This document shows, piece by piece, positions 1 through 11,073 of a stretch of DNA of 64,000 bases. The stretch is from a virus. How positions within the stretch are numbered: the first letter of the stretch is position 1; every line of letters starts with the position of its first letter. A program made the translations under genes and the position numbers. Location: positions 1 to 64,000 of IMG/VR virus record IMGVR_UViG_3300045125_000140. One strand, written 5' to 3'. The notes under the pieces are model-generated. The model searched no databases and was not told where the DNA came from. It was given only the letters and a program-made list of their open reading frames with translations.

Positions 1-25
1 ACCCACACCCCCACTCTTTTTTACT

Positions 26-3000
26 TTAGATACTAGCGGTTACGACGTAACCAAATCTTGCCGAGTCCCCTTTAACCGTTCTGAATCTTATTTCTAAGAA
101 CGTATTTATAAGAGGATTTACATAATCTACCGTGATATCGTTTCCACTGACGGAGAAGGTAGCTCCGGGTACGTTGGTCTCCACAAGAGTTGTCAGATTA
201 ATTGATACAATTTGTGCCGCGTATACGCCATCATCAAATGTAAATAAGGCGTTGACGTTATCTTCAGCGATCGTGCTTATGGCTGGCGGAGACCCGGTGA
301 ACCCGGAAATGACTGGACTATTTCCGATAGAAAATGGTGAAGTTTGCGCTATCAAAGATCCGGAGCTTCCGTAACATCTGACTGAAGCTGAGGCTGTTCC
401 TAAGAACGACCCAATACCAGCCTGAACAGATAATACAAAGTCACTCCTATCAATGATACTTGTATATGACGTGCTCATGCCCAAAACCGAATACATGGCA
501 GGAAGCGCAATCATGTAAGAACCGGAAGTTACGAGCAAATCTACGTGAGTAATTGCTGTTAAGTTTGCTCCGTAGATTACGATAGTTGCAACATCAGTCG
601 GAGACACGACATCAAATGTCTCCACTCCAGATATTGTCGGAACTGACGGATTTACAACTGTCGGTATAAATTTAACTAGGGACGCGGAGCTGTTTCCATC
701 TGATCCGATAGAAATTTCTACATTCGTGTTTGTGGGGTTAATCGGAATGTTTACGCCGGTTATTGTAATCTTTGTTCTAGATTTAGGTGTTGAAATTGAT
801 CCGGTGGAGGCCGCGCCCCCGATAAGAATAGATCCGGTAGATACCGGGAAATTCTGACCTTCCAGCTCAATCTTGTATCCGGGTTGGCCGCGAACAAGTG
901 CAGACACTTGCGTGGTTCCCGAATATATGCGAACTCCGGTTATCTGCGGCGGTAAGTAGCTTGAAACCAATACGGGCGTCGTTGCTGTCTTTTGAGTTCC
1001 GGTAACCGCCGTTTTTATAACTAAATTTTTAGTAGTCCCGGCTGAATTTGGATCGATGTCAATATCGGACATCGATAACACACCCGCAAAAGGAGTAGCG
1101 ACGCTTCCGGAACGAGTGGCCGTAAACGAGACAACGTCCGTGCCGAAGGTAACTTCGGCGATGTTTACAGCGTATCCGTTGATAGACGAATCCCACTTGA
1201 ACAGATTATCTCCGTACAAGCTTCCGGTCGTCTCTTCCCCTTCTGCGTGCGTAGAAAGTGACAAGCTCGTTATGGACGGGACGGTATTTGTTGTGGTTAT
1301 TAGATAAGTATCACCAACTGATCCGTTGTTGTTATCGACCGTTAGCGTTATTTGTGTTCCTGGAGACACCTTCGGTTTTATCTTGTATTTTACAAGGATA
1401 ACCGTCGCAGACTGAACGACAGGTGCGCCGACGATCTCCATGTCGTTAGTTGACCCCGAAGTGGAGGCCGACACGGTTGCCGACGATAAGAAATCTGTTC
1501 CGTATATGGTTAACTCAGCTTCTGTACCCGGCTCAAACCCGTCGTACTGCCCGCCGTACGCATCGGAGGCAATTGACGTTATTGAAGGTGCGAGCGGAGC
1601 AACGACAGCGCACGTAGTAGTCGAGTTATTACCATTTGCATTAATTACTTTGAAGGTGAGATCTCCCGAGGAGACTACTGACGGAACGTCAAATGCAACA
1701 GAAAGAAGCGTATTGCCGCCCGAGACGGACGACTCGGTTATCGGAACCACACCTAACGATGCGACGCCGTCAAGAATTTCAATTCGGTAGTTACGGAAAT
1801 TTGACAACGTTCCGGCAGTAACAACGGCAAGGCTAGACGTCGTGCATGTAAGCGTAAAGATACGCCCGACTGCGCCCTCGCTTATAGTTGACGGAGTTAT
1901 TGAGGAGATGCTCGGAGTCTTGGTCGCTCCAACCACCCAGCCCACATCGATATACGACCCACCGGTGTTGATCAGGCGTACTACTATATTTCCCGCTTCC
2001 GGCGTAGTTACTGTGAGGGTAGCTCTTGACGGATTTGAGGCCACTACAACCGATCCGATGGTTGCAGTTCCTGGATTAACTACAATGCTCGCTGTTACTG
2101 GAGTCACGAACTCCGTTGCGTAAACCGTCAGAGTTTTGGCGTTGGCGTTTGCCGAGGTCGTCTCGGTGGCGCCTTCCATTACCTTGAAATATTGGAGGTT
2201 TGCTGCGCCTGCCGGGATAGCAAACTGAACATCGGTCGGTTCCAGCGCCACGTCTAGAACCTGTTGAAGTCGTACTACGAGGTTCTTAGCTGTTGCGGAG
2301 TTGGCCACATTAATTTTGATAAACGCGGTCACCCCTTCGCTGTCGCTTCTGGTCAGGCCAGTAGTGGAGAAGCCGCCGGACCATGTACCGGATAGAGGGA
2401 AGTATGTTCCCTTATACACAGTCATGTCTTCTATGGTAGCAAATGTCGGGGATGCGCCTGTGTCGGCGTCCACCAACGAATATCCGCGTTCTTTAAAATT
2501 AGCGACGGTTCCTGTTAACGGATACCCGCCCCACAGCGTTCCGCCTTCCGGCAATAGACCGAGAGGGAAATTTTTGCCGGTAATTACTAAATAATTAGTT
2601 CCTCCCGACATGGATGATGTTTCGTTGAACTGGTTTGTATATGGGCTCGTGAAGATTCTGACCGAAGTTATTTCCGGTTTGTTCGGAAGAATCGGGACAG
2701 CGACCGGAACGGATAACGTATTTGTTCCATTTAGCGCGTCTGTTAAATTCATCGCCAAGAACGCACCTGGCGGAAGATCGCCTACGTCAAAATCTACGAG
2801 TAATGATCCGTCAGTCTGCCTTCGATACTCAACATTTTTAATAGCTTGGTCGTTTAAAGGCTGAGTTGTGGGCCACACGACCGTGTTAGTTGTTGAGTTG
2901 GGATCAGAATAATCAGGGTATGGAATAGGTACCGCGTATGTTCTGGTGTTTGAGGGAATAAATGTGGCGGAGATCGCCTTACCCTGAATCGGTGGGGCGA

Positions 3001-4720
3001 TATTTACTGCGGTTCCAATCGGAGCAAAGGACGGTTCGAGTAACAAACTGGGAATTCTTTGAGCTTCTATCTTAATACTTGCTCGAGAATTTGTTCGAGC
3101 TAGTCGCATCTGAGTAACTAACGGAGTTCCGCCCATAGCTTCGCAGAACTCAACGTATCTTTGCGAATAACCTCCGGGAATAACTTCCGAGTAGAGGAAT
3201 CCACCCTCGATAGTTGGGGAGCCGTCCGGGTACGCGGGATCATCCGGACCAACCAGATCGGTCACTACAAATGTTCGTACATCAGCCGGATGCACAGATC
3301 CCGAAGGTTGGCCTCCGACGAGATAGATAAAGTCGCCTACCTTAGTCGTAGACCAAGTGCCGCTCGAGCAGCAATTTTGTCTAGGGAGAATTGCCGGGAA
3401 TACGGAGGTAGGTGCGGGCGGAACATTTGTGCACAGATAATACGTGTTCTCATCGTCGATCGATGATGCCGAGAAATCGGTGAACGAGTACTTTACGCCG
3501 GTGCTGACGGCCCACTCAGCATCAAATCCAAAGCGGCCGTACTTAGGCGATACCGGCAAGTATGTCGCCGAGGAGCCTACGGGGTGAACTGCGGATCTCT
3601 CTGCAAGAAGAGCTGCAATCAATGTTTGCACATCGGCAGTAAGCGCTCCGGATACGGTTGGATCGTTTGTTCCGCCGGAGATATCGACGGGCCCGTTGTT
3701 GTAGTAGTAGTGAAGCCTGTGATTTCGGTCCAGCGAAAACTCGTGAACTCCGCGAACGTTGTAGTTGGTGGAGTTGGCCGTTCCGGTTGTCGTCCACCAA
3801 ATAGTCGGCGTTTGCGCTCCGGCAGTAGGAGGACCAGAGATTGAGTAGATCGTCTTTTTTACAGTAGTGCCTAAAAGCTCGATGCGTAAAAAGATGCCTA
3901 GATAGCACGGGTGCGCTATTCCAATTCGGCTGGACGCCATAAGCGCTAACTGGAAAGAAACTCTATCAGTTAGCGGAGTTTCTCCTACCATCTCCGCTAC
4001 ATTTAACGTGACGCGCTGTACTTCGGAGTGTGGCACAGCCGATTTAACTCGGTGAAGTACGCGAGCACTCATGACGCCTCTATTAGAGGACTTTTGATAA
4101 ATACGAGCCTCGGATTGCCCGTATTCAAACTGCGCGGGTGACGAGGAATCCGATACAGTGAACCAGTCGCCGGCGGACAGTCTTTGGCCGGTCATTCCGG
4201 TAAAGTGATCTACAGCAACTACGGGCGCATACGTGGTTGGAAGGTGCGTGGGTACGCCAACGGCTGGTCCGGTACCTCCTCCGTTGAGCCCTGTATCGAC
4301 AACAAGAATATTTCCGGAAGGATTTTTTACCGACAGAGCTCTAGGAAATCTTATGTCAAGCGTGTTGTTTAGGGTCTGTTTAATGTAGACGCTGTCTACT
4401 ACGTCGGCGGTTGGCGTCGCTGCGGATTCTTGTAAATTACTTACGATTACCTTCGTGTTCGCGGACGTAGGGTGGATCGACGTATTTGCAATGTGCGTAT
4501 CAATTTGAGCGTGCGTGTTTGAGGGCAGGTACGCTAACTCAAACGTCAGATTAGAGTGGGAGATGCGAGGACCGGAACCTGGCGTGCCGCTGTGCGTGTG
4601 GCCGGAAGTGCCGGCAAACTTCGAGTCGAGCGTAACAAAGTTTCCGTTTACTCGATCATGCCACTCGACTGCGCCGCGTTCGACCAGGTCTAAGGAAAGG
4701 TATGGGGTATATGACGCCAT
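26..4720 (-). CDS. Large tail fibre/adhesin-like virion protein with tandem Ig-like (IPT/TIG-type) repeats
   Basis: 1564 aa, S/T/G/V-rich. N-terminus resembles tail-fibre anchors (EWHDRVNGNFVTLD...GHTHSG). Repeated P-x-I-(T/S)-(S/G)-(I/V/L) starts are followed by l-t-i-x-G-x-N/D-F/L, typical of IPT/TIG domains. Confidence 0.65.
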   Translation of the reverse strand: MASYTPYLSLDLVERGAVEWHDRVNGNFVTLDSKFAGTSGHTHSGTPGSGPRISHSNLTFELAYLPSNTHAQIDTHIANTSIHPTSANTKVIVSNLQESAATPTADVVDSVYIKQTLNNTLDIRFPRALSVKNPSGNILVVDTGLNGGGTGPAVGVPTHLPTTYAPVVAVDHFTGMTGQRLSAGDWFTVSDSSSPAQFEYGQSEARIYQKSSNRGVMSARVLHRVKSAVPHSEVQRVTLNVAEMVGETPLTDRVSFQLALMASSRIGIAHPCYLGIFLRIELLGTTVKKTIYSISGPPTAGAQTPTIWWTTTGTANSTNYNVRGVHEFSLDRNHRLHYYYNNGPVDISGGTNDPTVSGALTADVQTLIAALLAERSAVHPVGSSATYLPVSPKYGRFGFDAEWAVSTGVKYSFTDFSASSIDDENTYYLCTNVPPAPTSVFPAILPRQNCCSSGTWSTTKVGDFIYLVGGQPSGSVHPADVRTFVVTDLVGPDDPAYPDGSPTIEGGFLYSEVIPGGYSQRYVEFCEAMGGTPLVTQMRLARTNSRASIKIEAQRIPSLLLEPSFAPIGTAVNIAPPIQGKAISATFIPSNTRTYAVPIPYPDYSDPNSTTNTVVWPTTQPLNDQAIKNVEYRRQTDGSLLVDFDVGDLPPGAFLAMNLTDALNGTNTLSVPVAVPILPNKPEITSVRIFTSPYTNQFNETSSMSGGTNYLVITGKNFPLGLLPEGGTLWGGYPLTGTVANFKERGYSLVDADTGASPTFATIEDMTVYKGTYFPLSGTWSGGFSTTGLTRSDSEGVTAFIKINVANSATAKNLVVRLQQVLDVALEPTDVQFAIPAGAANLQYFKVMEGATETTSANANAKTLTVYATEFVTPVTASIVVNPGTATIGSVVVASNPSRATLTVTTPEAGNIVVRLINTGGSYIDVGWVVGATKTPSISSITPSTISEGAVGRIFTLTCTTSSLAVVTAGTLSNFRNYRIEILDGVASLGVVPITESSVSGGNTLLSVAFDVPSVVSSGDLTFKVINANGNNSTTTCAVVAPLAPSITSIASDAYGGQYDGFEPGTEAELTIYGTDFLSSATVSASTSGSTNDMEIVGAPVVQSATVILVKYKIKPKVSPGTQITLTVDNNNGSVGDTYLITTTNTVPSITSLSLSTHAEGEETTGSLYGDNLFKWDSSINGYAVNIAEVTFGTDVVSFTATRSGSVATPFAGVLSMSDIDIDPNSAGTTKNLVIKTAVTGTQKTATTPVLVSSYLPPQITGVRIYSGTTQVSALVRGQPGYKIELEGQNFPVSTGSILIGGAASTGSISTPKSRTKITITGVNIPINPTNTNVEISIGSDGNSSASLVKFIPTVVNPSVPTISGVETFDVVSPTDVATIVIYGANLTAITHVDLLVTSGSYMIALPAMYSVLGMSTSYTSIIDRSDFVLSVQAGIGSFLGTASASVRCYGSSGSLIAQTSPFSIGNSPVISGFTGSPPAISTIAEDNVNALFTFDDGVYAAQIVSINLTTLVETNVPGATFSVSGNDITVDYVNPLINTFLEIRFRTVKGDSARFGYVVTASI

Positions 4721-4722
4721 TA

Positions 4723-5289
4723 TTAGTTGTTCCTACGAAGGTCGACCGGCTCGAGGTCGAGATCCATTATGTCAATTGAATCGTCGTCAGGGACGGCGAT
4801 GGAGAAGGCCGATGCCGATGTCGGGAAGTGCAGGATTATATGCATCCCTTTTACGGCGTATGTCTGAAAATTACCGCTCGCATCAGTCGTCAAAGCGAGA
4901 TCGTCGAGGCAGGCCAGTCCGTGATGGCGCACGTGCTCCGGAGTTATGTGGTAGTCAGCGAATATCGCCACGTAAGATCCGGGGCTGTTGGCACCAAAGG
5001 CGGTACGAACGTTTCCATAAATTCTGCAGAGCGGCGTTGTGGCGGTATCGAGAACCCAACGACTTACTTGAGGCTGATACTCGGACGGTTCTATATCCGG
5101 CTTACTGGGCAGCCTGGCAGTCAGCTGCTGGGCTACGCCCAGCGTCTCGGCGTCTGCTGCCGATTCCGATAGATGGGATATGGCGCTAACGTGGATATTG
5201 GATGGTACGGAAGTTACTCCGTTTACCGTATATCCGTTTAGCCGGGGATGCCAGCTTGGGGTCCAAATAATTAGGTTTTTATACGCCAT
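4723..5289 (-). CDS. Hypothetical (probable structural) protein
   Basis: 188-aa ORF tightly packed and co-oriented in the tail module. Confidence 0.6.
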   Translation of the reverse strand: MAYKNLIIWTPSWHPRLNGYTVNGVTSVPSNIHVSAISHLSESAADAETLGVAQQLTARLPSKPDIEPSEYQPQVSRWVLDTATTPLCRIYGNVRTAFGANSPGSYVAIFADYHITPEHVRHHGLACLDDLALTTDASGNFQTYAVKGMHIILHFPTSASAFSIAVPDDDSIDIMDLDLEPVDLRRNN

Positions 5290-5300
5290 GGCTATCTAAA

Positions 5301-5651
5301 TTAGTTTAAAGGTTCCTTATTAAGCCAGGGCGATAAGTCCTCTTCCTCCTCAGGAGTTATTAAACTAAGTAGCGCTTGATCAATCTCCGAGCCGACAAAA
5401 AGAATGGGTTTATCGTTATCAAATACGCCCTTCGGCAGCAGAAGTGCAGGGTAGCTAAACCCCGGTAAATTCATCTCGGTTGGGTACGGTTTACGTACTA
5501 CAAGTTGAATATCGTGTTCAATAAAAATCGGAGCCACCTTCTTTAACGCCGGTTCGCATAGCGGGCACGAATCCGAGTAGAAGAAGATGGGTCCTCCAAT
5601 AGGCCGATAATTACGCTTGCTTTTCGAGATGTTCATTGTTGTTGCACTCAA
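5301..5651 (-). CDS. Thioredoxin/glutaredoxin-fold protein
   Basis: FFYSDSCPLCEP CxxC motif after a beta strand; later YP-x-L (cis-Pro-like) segment. Confidence 0.6.
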   Translation of the reverse strand: MSATTMNISKSKRNYRPIGGPIFFYSDSCPLCEPALKKVAPIFIEHDIQLVVRKPYPTEMNLPGFSYPALLLPKGVFDNDKPILFVGSEIDQALLSLITPEEEEDLSPWLNKEPLN

Positions 5652-5796
5652 ACACGCCTACAGAATAGCACCTGGAAAGCTGGAGGCATAGCGATCATAT
5701 CGGTCTGAACGCTATGAATATGGGAAGGTCCTATGGCTATTACCGGATCATCTTCTGGGTTACCTTTATCGGAATATTTACCGAACGGGTACGGCT

Positions 5797-6330
5797 TTAT
5801 ATACGCCAGATCTTTTTCGGGACCGTGTTGGTGGTGTTTGTGAGCACCTCGATGCCTCCGGAGACATCGGCCAGCGGCGGCTCGAATCCGTCCGAATCGA
5901 AGATAGATGGGCCGGCAGTTATTATATTAGGATCCTGAATAGTATCGGAAGTGTGGTCATGATACCGCTGTCCGCCCAGGGTATTAAATTCCGTAGCGCC
6001 TTTAAACTCCGATATATTTATAGCTCTAAGTTGGCGATTAATTATTGAATCAATGATCGACGCGGCGTAGTCCCCCAGATTAGGATCGTCTAGTGTATAC
6101 GACCCGAGCGGCATTGGACCGGGAGCTCCGCCAAATATTGGATACACCGCTCCGGGAGGAACGGCTGAATCGGAAGGATAAACCAAGATATTATGGCCTG
6201 AATCCTGAATCGGAACAGACGACGAGTTTAGCGCAAGGATCGAAATATCCGAGATATTTGCTATAAGTTTCTCGAACAACGCGTTGAACGCCGGGGCAAT
6301 CTGAGTGACGCTCTGGGAATATGGCGACAC
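5797..6330 (-). CDS. Frameshifted C-terminal part of the 6339..11072 tail fibre (true stop probably at 5648)
   Basis: Contains HDH. A third frame (about 5820-5648) reads GPSHIHSVQTDMIAMPPAFQVLFCRRV*, matching the HxH...P...FCRKI/MCEKV ends of the two paralogues. Confidence 0.6.
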   Translation of the reverse strand: MSPYSQSVTQIAPAFNALFEKLIANISDISILALNSSSVPIQDSGHNILVYPSDSAVPPGAVYPIFGGAPGPMPLGSYTLDDPNLGDYAASIIDSIINRQLRAINISEFKGATEFNTLGGQRYHDHTSDTIQDPNIITAGPSIFDSDGFEPPLADVSGGIEVLTNTTNTVPKKIWRI

Positions 6331-6338
6331 GGTGTAGA

Positions 6339-9300
6339 TTAAAACCTTGCGAGTGACGGGGGAAGCGACGTCATCTCATCGCCTGCTTTTGAGATAGCGA
6401 GGGATAGCTGACTTAATCCGTTTGATGGTGGGGCGGACAGCTGCGTCTGCGGGGTCAACGTGGTGAAGATCTCGGCCTGGTTTGGAATTATGCTGTTCGT
6501 GTGAACAATTCTAAACCGTACTATGTTTGACGGCCACTTATTTAACGCGCTCAACATCTTATTAATAGCGCGATAGAACAACAACGATCCTCCCATATCC
6601 AACGCCAGCACAACATCTACGTATCTGAAGTCAGGATCGTTAGCTGTAGAATCCGACGTGATTTTTGAAACGCGGCGTTCGTAGAACGCGGCGTTATCCG
6701 TAACGCCAAGAGCCAGCTTCCCGTCGGTATCGGGAACTCGCAAGAATCCGGGAGGGCAGGAAGTTCCGACGGTCATGATTACCGTACCGGAAGGCACCTG
6801 AAGATCGGAATCGCATTCGGTAAACGGACGCGACCCGGATACGGATCCGACAGCTAAGGAAATTGCGGCGATTCCAGCCGACTCCGAAACTTTACCGGAG
6901 AACTCGAATAGCAGCGAAACTTCTTTAGCGGACACCGGGATCTTGTAGTTGTAGGAGAATCTGGAGCACTCTCCGGCGTACGCCGACGACTCGGATCCTA
7001 TCTTTGTGATAACACCGTCGACTACCAAAGATGTGGTTACGGTCGCGGATCCGTTAAACTTTCGCAGAGTAAACGAGACGGATACCTCGCGGCCCCTGAG
7101 CGGCTTCACATCCGTCAACTTTTGTTTTAGGTAAATTAACCCAGAAGATACGAACGTTATTCTCGCCTGGTTACCTCCGTCGGGAGAGTAGTGAGTAACC
7201 TCACCGTCTACGGGGATGATTTCAAACAGACCTTCAGATCCATAAACCTTCCATGGTGTAATCAGCGAATCGGCTTCTTCGGATTCAGCAACCGAGAAAA
7301 CTACACCTGATTCAGAGTCTATCTCTGCAGTTACGATATCGTTGTCGTAAACATCCTGCTGAAGTCCTTGGGGTTGAGGCGCGGATACCACATCGCACCA
7401 GCGTTTAACTTCTGCAGCAAGGTCAACACCGACTTGAGTTGTTGCGGCAGTTTTTTCTTCCTGCGTAGTAAACGGAAATCTCTGGCTACCGAACGACCCT
7501 AGATTCGGATATGTTGTGGGCGTAACTAATCCTGAAGCGTTAAGAAGGAACGGACCTAACCACGGGTTTTGAGCGTTATACGGAAGGCCCAGCGTATGCA
7601 TAGAGCGAAGATACTCGTCGGTACCGAGCGACGTGGTTGATCTCGGAGTATTTATGAACGAATCGGTTCCAGACGCATTCTTTAACTTTAAGAGATCGGT
7701 CCAACCTCGAAGTGAGGCGCGCAGAGAGTAGGTGGGTGACGGCGAAGGTGTTCCGGGAGACTCAATGTTTCCGGCAACGACGACACCAGTTCTAGACAAT
7801 CCAATGTTTTTAAACTCCGCATCCGCTTGAACAATCTGACCAAATCTGCGGTTGTTGTTTTTTGACCGGCTAAATCCGATGGTGCTCTTATCGGCCGCCA
7901 TTACGTCCATTGGGATAGGACCACGATTATCGCAAATGAAGAATGCTAACTTCTTAACACCCTGGATTTGTTTAAATCCTGTCGATATCTGAAAAATTGC
8001 GCCGGAATCGAAGCATCGTGAGGACACAGGTCCTACGAAATACGGGCCGGAGCCCTTGCCTACCAGTTCGATATTGGCGATATCCAACAAGATTTTGCTC
8101 TTGCTGCTGGAGGTTAGAAGTGTTCCCGAACGAAGCGGCGATATGATCGTCTGCAAAGTAGAATATTGACGAAGTCCGAGTGCTGCAGTCGACGTTGAGA
8201 TAGTTGGCGTAGATAGCCCGGCGGTAACTCCTGCAGCAAAAGGAGTGAAGTAATCTATGTTGCGGGTGAACGACGTACTCAACCTCGGACTTAAAATTCG
8301 GCACTCACCAAGCGTATCGTCGTAGGGAGATGCAGATACGGCGTTAGCTCCGAAGTACCCCAATATCGTTATGATTACTTTATTTCTATAAGATTCCGTG
8401 TCCAAAGAATTGACGAAAGACGTTAGGGTGTTTTTAACTCTGTCTAAATACTCGGTAGTCGAGAATCCGGACAGATTGTTGCTGTAGCCGATCTGAACGG
8501 CTAAAACTACGTGCACAGGAACGCTCGTGATCGCCGTCGTCTGCGGAACTAGGTATCCAGGAGACGATTTGACTTTTACCGAAACGGCTTTCTGTTGCTT
8601 GGGATACCGAGTAAATCCGCCGTTGGATATGCGATTTAGAGTAGCATCAAGATCGGCGAGATAGGATTTATTTCTAGCAGACGTGATGACTTGAGCGCTG
8701 AAACTGGTGTCGAGTCCGCTGCTTATCTCGCCCCAACCCATGTTGTCGATTGAATTAACGTTGGGCGAGAACGAAGCGCCGGTGATGCCGGCCCACACGG
8801 CTGGACCGCTCCCGTACTGCAGACCGACTCCTTCGATCCACTCTTGTGGCATTACGACTCCGGGAGACGAGATCACCTCGTTTCCATCGACATAGCATTT
8901 AAAGTCGTACTGATAATCAAGTAGCCCGGTGTATTCGTTGTACACTCGTGTTCCGGTATACCGGATTTCCAGCTTTAATTTGATTACTGTGTTGTAGATT
9001 GGCTGGATCGGGTTTCCAGTTACAGTCAGGTTTATAAGGGTTTCTCCCTCATTAACCAGCTTGATCTTTAAAGTTGGGACTTGAAAGTTTGTTATCGTCA
9101 AGCCGGATCTGCGCTCCAGCGTGAAGGTAACTCTTCGATCGTCGTTGAGACCGGGGGTGTTTCCTATTTCCCACTCGTTAATATTGCCGTTAGCGTTCGG
9201 TAAAAAGCTATAGGGACGGACTAGCGGTGTAGCCGTGCTCGGTCTTGGTACAGTAAAATTGCTTGCTAGGACGTCCAGATATTGAGTAGGAATCGTGAGG

Positions 9301-11072
9301 AAGCCGTTAATTCCGGCTCGTCCTCCTAAACCCCAGATGCCGATAAAATCGACTCCAGCAGTAGACTGCACGTTGGCCTCTATAAAATGAGGTCGAAGAT
9401 GCACATCCATAGATGGAGGCGTTTGTGCGAGAGACGCTGTGGTGGCTACTCCGTGATTCGGCAGCGATCCGATAACACTTACAAATTTGATGAAACTGTC
9501 GGAGATTCTTAAGGGATTCTGCTTATTAACATCCCACGCTTCTACAGCGCCCTTTTCCCAATACCCAACTACGCGATCGCGCGTATATCCGAAGTAATCG
9601 GTTAGTGCGGATCCTTCGTAATTTCCTATCGCTTGAAGCCGGTTTCCGCCGTCAAGTATGTTGGAGTTGGGCCCAACAGTTGAGGTCTGTACCTTAAAGT
9701 GTTCTGGGATCGAAAAATCGGAGGCAAGGAACGGGATATATCCGCCGTACTGGGGTGACGACGAGGCCCCATCAGCACCCGTAGCAGTTTGCCACCCCGT
9801 AAAACTCATCGTAGTTGTGCCTACAGCGAATGCGGTGCTGATACTCGTGTTAGCTGCGTATAGGTTGTAGTCTGCCGATATGGTGGCTCCGGCCTGGAGC
9901 CGTAGCTGTTTTTCAGATCCTCCGGACATCAAGCCTGACACGCCGCATTTGAATATGTTATTTTGAACACTGGCAGATGGGACTTGAATATCTAGAAGAT
10001 ATTTAGAGGACGTCGCTAATCCAACGACAACAGTGTTATTCCAAAATACAAGACTATTGCCGGTGATGGATAAGGCCGCTGGTTCGTAAACATCACTGAA
10101 CGGTAAGCTAAAGATGCAGTCTAAAAAGACCACGTTTGCGCCGCTTAAGGCGCCCGCAGCTTTGGACACCGTAACCAGGGCTCCCGCAGTCAGAGACTGA
10201 TTTTTTATAAAGCACCGTTTAAATACTAACTTCACTCCGACAGGAGGGGTAAGTCCAGCATCTGGGGATACTACGACGATCCCGTATCGGCAATTGATTA
10301 TTTTAATTGTGTAGATATACGACGGGGATCCGCTCGCCGGCGTTGCAGTAGAGAACACCCATCCGGAGATGTACAGGCCAGTAGCCGGGGTCGTATTGCC
10401 GCTGTTGGTTGTTTGGGACGGAGGCGGTCCTGAAACACCGACTTGTTCTATGTGTATGTCCGCGCATCTGAATACAAACCTGTCCGCCTCCAGATAACTG
10501 CTGGCGACGGCTCCGCGCTGACTTGGGGATTGCGCCTCGATACTCAGGCCGCGCACCCAAGAGTACTTACAAACAACCGAATTCAGATCAACTTGGCAGT
10601 TTTGTGTTTGAATACCGTACTCAGCGCCGGTAACTTCACAGTCCGTCATTCTTAACGCGGTTCTGTCGTTAGACCCCGAGTAAGAAGCGGTGCACGTCAC
10701 CTGAATGCCGCGAGATCCGGCACACGCGGATCCGCTAACCTGAACAACTTTAAGATTGTTTATTACTACTAACCGCTTATTGTGCAGAGAGACTACCGCG
10801 GTAGTCGGAGCAGTTATGTTTGATATAGTTGCATATTTTGCGTTTTCGTTATTGTACGTTGTTATGTAAAGGCTGTAATGCGAATTGGTTGTGTCGGTGA
10901 TCGTTCCGGTAAATGCGTCTCCGCCCCTAAAATACAGGTACACATCATCGCTGGTCGATGCCGTGGCGAGCATCGCGTTAACTTTTGTTAGCGTCTTTAC
11001 CGGAGAGGCGTCGGACGTGCCTGACGCATTATCGTCTCCAGCGAGTGATACATATATCTTTTTAATTGCCAC
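6339..11072 (-). CDS. Tail spike/fibre: N-terminal parallel beta-helix (pectin-lyase-like), CBM-like, vWA-like and tail-collar domains
   Basis: IYVSLAGDDNASGTSDASPVKTL beta-helix cap; NNTVV/NNIF/DYNLY/WQTATGAD/DYFG..R...GAVE motifs; ISNGGF; collar motif VPSGTVIMTVGTSCPPGF; DVVLALDMGGS. Confidence 0.7.
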   Translation of the reverse strand: MAIKKIYVSLAGDDNASGTSDASPVKTLTKVNAMLATASTSDDVYLYFRGGDAFTGTITDTTNSHYSLYITTYNNENAKYATISNITAPTTAVVSLHNKRLVVINNLKVVQVSGSACAGSRGIQVTCTASYSGSNDRTALRMTDCEVTGAEYGIQTQNCQVDLNSVVCKYSWVRGLSIEAQSPSQRGAVASSYLEADRFVFRCADIHIEQVGVSGPPPSQTTNSGNTTPATGLYISGWVFSTATPASGSPSYIYTIKIINCRYGIVVVSPDAGLTPPVGVKLVFKRCFIKNQSLTAGALVTVSKAAGALSGANVVFLDCIFSLPFSDVYEPAALSITGNSLVFWNNTVVVGLATSSKYLLDIQVPSASVQNNIFKCGVSGLMSGGSEKQLRLQAGATISADYNLYAANTSISTAFAVGTTTMSFTGWQTATGADGASSSPQYGGYIPFLASDFSIPEHFKVQTSTVGPNSNILDGGNRLQAIGNYEGSALTDYFGYTRDRVVGYWEKGAVEAWDVNKQNPLRISDSFIKFVSVIGSLPNHGVATTASLAQTPPSMDVHLRPHFIEANVQSTAGVDFIGIWGLGGRAGINGFLTIPTQYLDVLASNFTVPRPSTATPLVRPYSFLPNANGNINEWEIGNTPGLNDDRRVTFTLERRSGLTITNFQVPTLKIKLVNEGETLINLTVTGNPIQPIYNTVIKLKLEIRYTGTRVYNEYTGLLDYQYDFKCYVDGNEVISSPGVVMPQEWIEGVGLQYGSGPAVWAGITGASFSPNVNSIDNMGWGEISSGLDTSFSAQVITSARNKSYLADLDATLNRISNGGFTRYPKQQKAVSVKVKSSPGYLVPQTTAITSVPVHVVLAVQIGYSNNLSGFSTTEYLDRVKNTLTSFVNSLDTESYRNKVIITILGYFGANAVSASPYDDTLGECRILSPRLSTSFTRNIDYFTPFAAGVTAGLSTPTISTSTAALGLRQYSTLQTIISPLRSGTLLTSSSKSKILLDIANIELVGKGSGPYFVGPVSSRCFDSGAIFQISTGFKQIQGVKKLAFFICDNRGPIPMDVMAADKSTIGFSRSKNNNRRFGQIVQADAEFKNIGLSRTGVVVAGNIESPGTPSPSPTYSLRASLRGWTDLLKLKNASGTDSFINTPRSTTSLGTDEYLRSMHTLGLPYNAQNPWLGPFLLNASGLVTPTTYPNLGSFGSQRFPFTTQEEKTAATTQVGVDLAAEVKRWCDVVSAPQPQGLQQDVYDNDIVTAEIDSESGVVFSVAESEEADSLITPWKVYGSEGLFEIIPVDGEVTHYSPDGGNQARITFVSSGLIYLKQKLTDVKPLRGREVSVSFTLRKFNGSATVTTSLVVDGVITKIGSESSAYAGECSRFSYNYKIPVSAKEVSLLFEFSGKVSESAGIAAISLAVGSVSGSRPFTECDSDLQVPSGTVIMTVGTSCPPGFLRVPDTDGKLALGVTDNAAFYERRVSKITSDSTANDPDFRYVDVVLALDMGGSLLFYRAINKMLSALNKWPSNIVRFRIVHTNSIIPNQAEIFTTLTPQTQLSAPPSNGLSQLSLAISKAGDEMTSLPPSLARF

Positions 11073-11073
11073 G

